NCBI GenBank assembly: GCA_964510585.1
Contig: CAZECW010000157.1
Coordinates: forward strand, 21,063-53,062
Direction: 5' to 3'
Source: an uncultured archaeon
GTDB lineage: Archaea > Asgardarchaeota > Jordiarchaeia > Jordiarchaeales > Jordiarchaeaceae
DNA: 32,000 bases
Program-made: the position numbers and the translations under genes
Notes under the pieces: model-generated
Databases searched by the model: none
What the model was told of the DNA's origin: nothing
What the model saw: the letters and a program-made list of their open reading frames with translations, nothing else
Shown: piece by piece, positions 24,921 to 32,000 of the stretch
Position numbering within the stretch: position 1 is the first letter of the stretch
Layout: the number at the start of each line of letters is the position of its first letter

Positions 24921-25763
24921 TTAGCCGAACTTCCCAGTAATGTAATCTCTTGTGCGTTCTTCGCTAGGGTTTTCGAAAATTTTTTCGGTTTCATCATATT
25001 CTATAAGTTCGCCTAGATACATAAATGCTGTGTATTGAGAAACTCGCGCGGCTTGCTGCATGTTGTGGGTTACTATAACGACCGTGATTTTTTCTTTGAG
25101 ATCCCATATAAGGTCTTCGATTTTTGATGTGGCAATGGGGTCGAGTGCTGAGCACGGCTCATCCATTAATAGAACCTCCGGATTTATAGATAGCGCTCTA
25201 GCGATGCATAGTCTTTGCTGCTGACCGCCAGAGAGTTCGTATGCATTTACATTTAACCTGTCTTTGACTTCGTCCCATAGTGCAGCCATTTTTAAACTAT
25301 ATTCCACAATTTTGTTTAGTTCCTTACTATTGTTTACTCCGTGAATTCTGGGACCGTAGGCAACGTTATCATATATGGACATGGGGAAAGGATTAGGTTT
25401 TTGGAAAACCATCCCTACCTTTTCTCTGATGGCTACTACATTGGCTCCATAATCATAGATGTTTTCGCCGTCAAGAAGCACTTCTCCCTCAACCCTAGCC
25501 CCATCAAGATCAACCATCCTATTGAATGATCTTATTAATGTGGTTTTACCACACCCTGAAGGGCCAATTATTGCTGTGACCTTATTTTTCAAGATTTTTA
25601 AGTTTATGTTTTTTAGGACATGGTTTTTACCGAACCATAGGTTTAGGTTTTTAACCTCTATTTTAACGTCCCTTGTTCTAGTCCTTTTTTCTTTAACTGT
25701 CCTATCTTCTCTATTATTTAATGTCGATAATTTGTTTAACACAGATACCATCATTTTCACCAA
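24921..25763 (-). CDS. pstB: Phosphate ABC transporter ATP-binding protein
   Basis: [62 protein letters not shown]. Confidence 0.96.
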   Translation of the reverse strand: MVKMMVSVLNKLSTLNNREDRTVKEKRTRTRDVKIEVKNLNLWFGKNHVLKNINLKILKNKVTAIIGPSGCGKTTLIRSFNRMVDLDGARVEGEVLLDGENIYDYGANVVAIREKVGMVFQKPNPFPMSIYDNVAYGPRIHGVNNSKELNKIVEYSLKMAALWDEVKDRLNVNAYELSGGQQQRLCIARALSINPEVLLMDEPCSALDPIATSKIEDLIWDLKEKITVVIVTHNMQQAARVSQYTAFMYLGELIEYDETEKIFENPSEERTRDYITGKFG

Positions 25764-26665
25764 CCTTTCCTCCTTTTTAAACCTTTATTTCGAATATAAA
25801 TTGCAAAAATGACGAATAGGAGAACCAGCCCAACAAGCACAAGAGCTGTTCCAAACTCGTAGGGTCTATTGACTGCTGCAAAAGGACTTGTTGTCGCCTC
25901 ATAGTACAGGTGATATGTTAAAGCCATAACCGGCTGGAAGATGTTTGTGGGGTAAAGGTTGCTTTGGTAGAAGACGGCTGCCGCGAAAAGTATGGCGGCG
26001 GTCTCTCCGGCGACCCGTCCAATTCCCAGTATTGTGCCTGTGGAGATTCCGGGTGCTGCTACGGGTAGAACAGTTTTTGTAATGGTTTCCCACTTTGTGG
26101 CTCCTAGGGCTAGGCTTGCCTCTCGAAAGCTTTTCGGTATGGTCTTTAAGGCTTCCTCTGTTGACTTAACTATTATGGGGAGAGCCATGAACCCTAGCAC
26201 AAGCCAGCCTGAGAGGAGAGAGACTCCGAAGTCTAACTGTTTGCAGAAGAAGGCGAATGCAAAGAGACCGAACACTATTGAGGGAACACCCGCCAAGTTA
26301 CTAATGGTCTGGATTATGAAAGATTTCAGTCGTCCCTCGTGCAGGTACTCATTAATGTAGATAGCTGAAAGAATCCCCAAGGGTACAGCTATACAGATAG
26401 CCCCCGACACCAGAGCAAGAGTTCCAAATATCATGGGAAGTATCCCCCCATAGGAGAGAGGTAAACCCAATGGTGTGCCATAGAGCATCCTTGCTCCGGG
26501 TGTGCCAGTTATAAACTCCCAGTTAATTACTTGCGCACCGTTAATTATAACTACACCCATAATTAGGATGAACGAAGCTAGAATTAGGAGAGTGGGAATA
26601 CTGAAAAGTATCTCGCCGAGACCCACTCCCTTAGTAACAGCAGTCAACTCCTTTTCGGCCTTCAT
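25757..26665 (-). CDS. pstA: Phosphate ABC transporter permease PstA
   Basis: [34 protein letters not shown]. Confidence 0.93.
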   Translation of the reverse strand: MKAEKELTAVTKGVGLGEILFSIPTLLILASFILIMGVVIINGAQVINWEFITGTPGARMLYGTPLGLPLSYGGILPMIFGTLALVSGAICIAVPLGILSAIYINEYLHEGRLKSFIIQTISNLAGVPSIVFGLFAFAFFCKQLDFGVSLLSGWLVLGFMALPIIVKSTEEALKTIPKSFREASLALGATKWETITKTVLPVAAPGISTGTILGIGRVAGETAAILFAAAVFYQSNLYPTNIFQPVMALTYHLYYEATTSPFAAVNRPYEFGTALVLVGLVLLFVIFAIYIRNKGLKRRKGW

Positions 26666-27756
26666 TACCTCACTCCTCCAAACTTCTTTTTGAATCTGGC
26701 GTTAATTGTATCTGCTACGAAATTGACAATGTAGGTTATTATGAAAAGTACCAGTCCAACACCAAAAAGAGCGCTGTAATGCAAGGTGCCCACCGCGGTT
26801 TCTCCCATCTCTGCCGCTATGGCTGCAGTCATAGGTTTAACAGAGGTAAAGAAAAGTTCTAGGGATAGAGGAGGAATGTTTGCTACGCCTCCGCAAACCA
26901 TAAGCACAGCCATCGTTTCTCCGAGCGCTCTACCAACAGCCAAAATTATGCTCGCAGTGATTCCAGAAATGGCAGCGGGTAGAAGAACTTTACGTACTGT
27001 TTGGAAGTGTGTGGCTCCAAGGGCGAACGAGGCTTCCTTATAAGATTTGGGAACGGAGCTTATTGCGTCCTCGCTGATGGAAACAATGGTGGGAAGAATC
27101 ATAATTGAGAGAATAATTGCTCCCGCGAGGGCTGTCTGACCAGATCTGAGATTGAAAATATTGGCAATGTAGGGAACAAGAACTGCAAGCCCCACAAAAC
27201 CATAAACTACGGAGGGTATCCCTGCCAAAAGTTCAATAACTGGCTTTACCACATTCCTAATTTTTGAGGGGCAGTACTCTGATAGGTGAATTGCAGAGAG
27301 AATACCAATGGGAACAGCTATAATTAGAGCTCCGCCAACGACAGTAATGGTTCCAGCTATAAGTGGTAAAATTCCGAATTCGTAACTGCTTGGATCCCAG
27401 GTTGAGCCTGAAACAAAGTTTACAAAACCAATAATAATGTTTCCATTTACCTGAATCAAAGCATGAAGCCAAAGATAGTCAGATAAACCCATTTCTTTAA
27501 GAAGAAGAGTAACATACTGCCCATACTGCCAATAGCCCATCTCCTGAATAATGGGAAGCCCCTGCTGCACAAGGAAGAAAAGAATAAGCATCGTAATAAT
27601 AAAACTAGAAAGAGCACAGAGACCGGTAAGTCCTTCGGGAGAGAAAAGTCTCTTGAGGGGCTCTGCAACCTTTAGTCGCATTACGTCGATTCTGGGAGCC
27701 CCAAATCTCATAAAGTTTTTGAGGAGTTCCCGTAAACGTTTTCCCAGAATCATCAC
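26665..27756 (-). CDS. pstC: Phosphate ABC transporter permease PstC
   Basis: ELLAGIPSVVYG, EASFALGAT, GRALGETMAV. Start trimmed to GTG 27756 or ATG 27753 after GGTGGT. Confidence 0.93.
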   Translation of the reverse strand: MMILGKRLRELLKNFMRFGAPRIDVMRLKVAEPLKRLFSPEGLTGLCALSSFIITMLILFFLVQQGLPIIQEMGYWQYGQYVTLLLKEMGLSDYLWLHALIQVNGNIIIGFVNFVSGSTWDPSSYEFGILPLIAGTITVVGGALIIAVPIGILSAIHLSEYCPSKIRNVVKPVIELLAGIPSVVYGFVGLAVLVPYIANIFNLRSGQTALAGAIILSIMILPTIVSISEDAISSVPKSYKEASFALGATHFQTVRKVLLPAAISGITASIILAVGRALGETMAVLMVCGGVANIPPLSLELFFTSVKPMTAAIAAEMGETAVGTLHYSALFGVGLVLFIITYIVNFVADTINARFKKKFGGVR

Positions 27757-27802
27757 ACCACCCATTAAGTATATTATAGTTTTACATTTATATAATGCGG
27801 GC

Positions 27803-28723
27803 TTACATGATTGCCACGTAGCCTGCAGCCTCAACAGCGCTTTGACCTATTGGACTTAGCACAAATTTAATGTACATATCAACAATGGATCCTGGAATTG
27901 GAACCCCATTAGTTACGTAGTAAAGCTCCCTAGTGGCAGGATAAGCCCCGCTTCTGATGTTTTCTCTTGTTGGAGCGAAAAATGTTCCGCTGTCATTAGC
28001 AATCTCGGCAGTGTTGACGTACTGAGTATAAGCAAAGCTGCAATATCCTATGGAGTAGGGGGTTCCTAAAACTGAGAAAACCATGTCCTGATTATTTGTT
28101 ACTTCTTGGTTTATTTTGGTTGCGCTGACCCCGAAGAGTTTTTCGAAGGATTCACGGGTTCCAGAGTTGGGCTCCCTACCGATAACCCATATTGTTTCGG
28201 CAGGCAAACTTGAGTTCACCTGGTTCCATCTTGTGTAAACTCCGCTGTATATGTTTACCACTTGCTCTTTTGTCAGCTTCAAATTCACTTGCCCGGGAAT
28301 ATTCCAGATTATGCAGATAGCGTCTAGTGCCACGGCATTGAGGTGGAGTGTTACGCCATTTGCAGAAGCTCTAATAAGTTCACTGCTCTTAGGAGAGCGG
28401 GAAACAGCTCCTATGGGTGAAATTCTGTCAATAACATTACTATATCCCAAGCCTGATCCTCCGGCAGACACTTGAACATTAATCCCCGTGGCCGCATGAA
28501 AAAGCGGCGCTTCAGCAAGTGTTATCGGCAAGACTGTTGTGGAGCCTGCTATATTTATGGTGTCTGAAGACTGCCCAGTGTAAAGGCCTAGACTCTGCTG
28601 CAAATCTGCTTGAGGTTTAATGTAAATTACGGGATAAATAATGAACATTGAAACAGCCACCATTGCTAATATGAACATTATAATTATTGCAATTTTTTTG
28701 CGGGGCAAGTTTAATGCTATCAT
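27803..28723 (-). CDS. pstS: Phosphate ABC transporter substrate-binding protein, N-terminally membrane-anchored
   Basis: AGSTTVLP, GGSGLG, REPNSGTRESF, SIGY; hydrophobic N-terminal helix. Confidence 0.93.
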   Translation of the reverse strand: MIALNLPRKKIAIIIMFILAMVAVSMFIIYPVIYIKPQADLQQSLGLYTGQSSDTINIAGSTTVLPITLAEAPLFHAATGINVQVSAGGSGLGYSNVIDRISPIGAVSRSPKSSELIRASANGVTLHLNAVALDAICIIWNIPGQVNLKLTKEQVVNIYSGVYTRWNQVNSSLPAETIWVIGREPNSGTRESFEKLFGVSATKINQEVTNNQDMVFSVLGTPYSIGYCSFAYTQYVNTAEIANDSGTFFAPTRENIRSGAYPATRELYYVTNGVPIPGSIVDMYIKFVLSPIGQSAVEAAGYVAIM

Positions 28724-28796
28724 TTCTTATCTATTTTCTCCCTTCTTTTCGCATGGACATCTAATTTTATGCTATACTAATATTTTCCTAAAGATT

Positions 28797-28822
28797 CATA
28801 AGGATACATGTGTATCCTTATG
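28797..28822. promoter_or_regulatory. 26-bp palindrome, candidate operator
   Basis: CATAAGGATACA-TG-TGTATCCTTATG: perfect 12-bp arms between divergent pstS and the AbrB-PhoU gene. Confidence 0.6.
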
Positions 28823-28836
28823 TAGGTGTTTGTGGT

Positions 28837-29817
28837 ATGGAGTCTAGAAAAATCCAAGAAGTGAAGGGGTCCTTTTATGTTTATTTGCCTAAGGACTGGT
28901 GTGCAAAGGCTAAAATAAAAGGTGGAAGCGAGGTAGTTATTCAAGAGTTGGAGGATGGAAGTCTAGTAATATTTTCCAATAAGGAAGCCTATAAGCAGAA
29001 ATTGAGCGGCGTTTTTGATGTTGAAGACTGTAATCCGCATATAGCCAATGTAATACTTCTTGCAGGGTATATAGTGGGACTGGATCAATTCAGTCTAATG
29101 TCTACAAAAGAAATTTCTCTTGAATTCAGAGAAAATATAGAAAGCCATGTAAGAAGTATGATAGGGGTAGAGGTTGTAGATGAAACCGACAAATCCATAG
29201 TAATCAAGGACATAAGTGAGGGGACATCTATAAAACCTATAATCCAGAGACTACTTAACACCACGGGTTACATTCTCACCAGTGTGGTAAGGATAATAAG
29301 GACAGGGGACCGCAAAGAGGCTCAGGCAATTATTAACCGTGATGATGATGTTGATAGGTACAATTGGTTGGTTCAGAGAATGGTTCACCTCATACTTGAG
29401 AATCCCGCGCTTGCTCGAGAATTAAATATACTACCCATAGAAGGACTACATTATAGTCATATAACAAGATACATAGAAAGAATAGCGGATCACGCAGTGG
29501 CCATAGCTGAACAGATTTTGAGTAGTGGAGCAATCAATGAGGATTTGTCCAAGTTTGCAGAAAAGGCTAACGAAGTATATAATTCACTAATTGATGTTTT
29601 CTTCAACAGAAACCTAAAGAAGGCCTTTGAGATATTGGAGCAGAGATCTAATCTTAAAAGGGAATTACGAGTTTTGGAAAAAGAGTTTCCAGAAAGCAAG
29701 ATAATTATTATACACCTTGAAAGAATTATTGATTACTGCTCCGATATTTCTGAAACCGCTATAGACCAAACTATATACAACATGGTACTGAAGAGGAGAA
29801 CCATAAAATGCTTCTAG
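28837..29817 (+). CDS. Archaeal phosphate uptake regulator (AbrB/SpoVT DNA-binding domain + PhoU repeats)
   Basis: MESRKIQEVKGSFYVYLPKDW (AbrB); RDDDVDRYN, YIERIADHA and LERIIDYCSDISE (PhoU). Track start 28810. Confidence 0.9.
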   Translation: MESRKIQEVKGSFYVYLPKDWCAKAKIKGGSEVVIQELEDGSLVIFSNKEAYKQKLSGVFDVEDCNPHIANVILLAGYIVGLDQFSLMSTKEISLEFRENIESHVRSMIGVEVVDETDKSIVIKDISEGTSIKPIIQRLLNTTGYILTSVVRIIRTGDRKEAQAIINRDDDVDRYNWLVQRMVHLILENPALARELNILPIEGLHYSHITRYIERIADHAVAIAEQILSSGAINEDLSKFAEKANEVYNSLIDVFFNRNLKKAFEILEQRSNLKRELRVLEKEFPESKIIIIHLERIIDYCSDISETAIDQTIYNMVLKRRTIKCF

Positions 29818-29835
29818 TGATTAAAAGAACTCCAC

Positions 29836-31554
29836 TTAGAAGTCGGCGTAGAAGGGGCGTTCCCCATTTTTGAATTCAGGTATTATGTTCCACGCTTCTT
29901 GAACCACCAGTATGGAGGAGGGTTTGATTATTCGATTTGCTTGGTCGATTGCCTCGCCCAAGTTATTCACATTGATGATGGGTAGCCTGCCAATGTTTTT
30001 TAAGGTCTTCCCGGAAACAAGTATGAGGTTCCTTCCCTCAAATTCTAGGATATTTCTTATCAGAAGGATCTTTGGGTCTTTATAGACCATATCAAGAAAT
30101 TCATGATATTTAAGGGCCATAGCTTCTCCTAGTTCTCTTGAATTCTTACGGTCCAAGTCTGCAATCAGTACAGTTAAACCATGGGGGTTGAGGAGGTGTT
30201 TTATTGCTCCTATTGATTGTAAACTTGAATAAAAGTCTTGATCGTAGGGTTTTCCCGGTGCTAATATTACCATTTCTACTCTACCATCTACTTTGGTTGT
30301 AAAGAGTCTTCTTGATATTTCTATTCCTTTGTGGTAGGCGTCTTCGGGATTTCCAGCAACTAAATCTACGATGTTACCTTCACCGTCAACAATGGTGTTT
30401 ATTATAAAGTCAATGCTGCAATGTGGAGCTACACTTTGTGAATCTCTAAACACTGGATTTTTTTCAGTAAATCCTATTCTGCTATTCAAAAGCATCCCCC
30501 TGAGTTGGTTGCACACAATTGCCTCTGCCCCAGCGACTCCAGGTAAGATTGTTTGGTAACCACCTGTGAATCCCGAGTAAGGATGGGGATGTATGGAGCC
30601 AATGGCTATGCGGTAATCGGCATCTATTACTTTTGTGTTTATCTTCAGTCTGGCTCCAGAGAGTGTTCTACCAACTTCCGTTAGGTTATCTTCGTCTAGG
30701 GAGTCGTGAAAAGTAACATTATAATTCTCCAAAATATTACTCCCCAAAATCCTACTTATCGACTTGTTTGAGTTTTGCTTGTTTAGGCCACAGGCCACTA
30801 TTATGTTAATTTGAGGTATTTGTGCTTTTTTTAGGTCGTTAAGAACCAGTTTGAGGATGTCGCTTGTGGTGGGGAGAGAGTCATAGTCTATGATTATAGC
30901 GACATTTTGTGCACCAGAAACCTCCCTTACCAATGAATCAGTTCCCAGTGGTTCGTTCAAAATATGGTCAATAGAGCTTATCGAAAATTTTTTATGAGTG
31001 ATTTTTGGGGGCTCTATAACACCGCTTAAAATCTGTTTTGGTATTTTTGCAGACTCCGACCGGCCCCTGCATCTTAATGAAACAATTATTTTATTCTTGT
31101 TTTCTTCCCTTCTGACTTTCTCCTTTTTAAACCAAACTAATTTATCATGCACAATACCCTTAGCAAGATCGTACTGTTCCAACAGGGGATGATTAACATT
31201 ATAAATGAAAGCAGGTTTGTCCAAGTCATCGAACCCCATACCGAGCTCTTCACCGCACAGTATGGAATTTTGGAGTAGGTCAAAAAGCGCCTCTTTGCAC
31301 TTTTCACGCCTCTCCTCTTCCCCATCAATTTTTGACAGATTATCCAGAATTGCAAAGGCATTAAGACCCAACCATTTAACATTAAACCCCCTTAAAACCT
31401 CGGGATGCTTCTCTACCACCTTTTCAACACAAGATTTGAATCTAGAGCTGGCGTTAGATGCATCCACCATCTCTACGGCGCTCATTAACTCGCTGAAGAG
31501 CATCACTGATACTATGACTACCTTATCCAATGCAAACTTAGCCTCCTTTTCCAT
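29836..31554 (-). CDS. Unknown N-terminal domain fused to a degenerate LarA (lactate racemase-like) domain
   Basis: EPLGTDSL, IVACG, INTKVIDADYRI, HPYSGFTGG, ILPGVAG and FIINTIVD follow the LarA layout; ~170 extra N-terminal residues. Confidence 0.8.
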   Translation of the reverse strand: MEKEAKFALDKVVIVSVMLFSELMSAVEMVDASNASSRFKSCVEKVVEKHPEVLRGFNVKWLGLNAFAILDNLSKIDGEEERREKCKEALFDLLQNSILCGEELGMGFDDLDKPAFIYNVNHPLLEQYDLAKGIVHDKLVWFKKEKVRREENKNKIIVSLRCRGRSESAKIPKQILSGVIEPPKITHKKFSISSIDHILNEPLGTDSLVREVSGAQNVAIIIDYDSLPTTSDILKLVLNDLKKAQIPQINIIVACGLNKQNSNKSISRILGSNILENYNVTFHDSLDEDNLTEVGRTLSGARLKINTKVIDADYRIAIGSIHPHPYSGFTGGYQTILPGVAGAEAIVCNQLRGMLLNSRIGFTEKNPVFRDSQSVAPHCSIDFIINTIVDGEGNIVDLVAGNPEDAYHKGIEISRRLFTTKVDGRVEMVILAPGKPYDQDFYSSLQSIGAIKHLLNPHGLTVLIADLDRKNSRELGEAMALKYHEFLDMVYKDPKILLIRNILEFEGRNLILVSGKTLKNIGRLPIINVNNLGEAIDQANRIIKPSSILVVQEAWNIIPEFKNGERPFYADF

Positions 31555-31867
31555 TCTCTGTCAAAATAACCAGCTCAGACTCATTTGATAGAAATGTACA
31601 GTTATATTACCCTATAAATCGCTTGAAAATAATATTAACAATAATTGGGGGTAAATGTGTTTCGCACCATAATCAGACTATAAGTCTCATTACGATGCTA
31701 ATGGGTATTAACTTTCTGGAATTCAAACTTGTACGAAAGAAGTATTCGTATTTTGAGAAATTAAATATTTAGGTGATTTTAAACGAATTAAGTATAATAA
31801 GTAAACAAAAAAGATGTACAAATTAAATACCCGCAGCTGTTTACCAACTAAATTTAACAGAACAAAA

Positions 31868-31879
31868 CCCCTTTCGGGG
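31868..31879 (-). terminator. Small hairpin followed by a U-run
   Basis: CCCC-GAAA-GGGG then TTTTGTT, immediately after the stop of the partial CDS. Confidence 0.35.
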
Positions 31880-31882
31880 AAA

Positions 31883-31999
31883 TTATCGATAAATTGGACT
31901 GCTTATGATGTGGTTCCAATCAGTTATCCTCTCCCCAAATCCAAGTTCCTTCACAACTTCAAACCCAGGGGGAGGCTTACCCATCCCTGATGAGTACAC
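31883..31999 (-). CDS. 3' end of a CDS entering from beyond the window
   Basis: Open frame VYSSGMGKPPPGFEVVKELGFGERITDWNHIISSPIYR* from the window edge. Confidence 0.45.
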   Translation of the reverse strand: MYSSGMGKPPPGFEVVKELGFGERITDWNHIISSPIYR

Positions 32000-32000
32000 A

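Noticed and set aside
156-31588. Many short overlapping or antisense track ORFs (e.g. 6372..6935, 8605..9033, 10696..11166, 13941..14300, 23247..23702, 31205..31588)
   Set aside because: Shadow frames of well-supported genes, with no recognisable motifs.
1-32000. tRNA, rRNA, CRISPR arrays, transposases or integrases
   Set aside because: No T-loop/cloverleaf, rRNA signature, regularly spaced repeats or transposase motifs were seen on manual reading.

Overview
Archaeal window, most likely Asgard (inferred from the co-occurrence of ubiquitin/E1/E2/RING/JAMM, a roadblock protein, an SMC5/6-like ATPase, Get3 and a crenarchaeal-type EndA). Left part: divergent Orc1/Cdc6, a roadblock protein with a Pro-rich tail, a 49-aa Cys-rich protein missed by the ORF track, a zinc-ribbon/RING protein, an alpha/beta hydrolase, an unidentified ~220-nt structured RNA with its own promoter and terminator, endA, DUF47, DedA, an ornithine cyclodeaminase/alanine dehydrogenase and a class V PLP enzyme. 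Centre (10.7-21.7 kb): an operon of AAA+ ATPase, SMC5/6-like protein, kleisin and KITE, next to a ubiquitin cluster (small RING, HExxH-protease-RING fusion, FANCL-like double-UBC/RWD-RING protein, E1 with a RadA-like HhH insertion, E2 apparently starting at ACG, ubiquitin precursor, JAMM protease). Right part: get3, a pstSCAB-phoU operon with a divergent AbrB-PhoU regulator, and a degenerate LarA fusion. Top finding: the get3 Walker A motif is interrupted by a 29-nt insert (23947-23975) that folds into a bulge-helix-bulge motif. Its predicted EndA cut sites restore GGKGGVGKT in frame, so it is a candidate archaeal mRNA intron. All family calls come from reading motifs by eye; no searches or folding programs were run.
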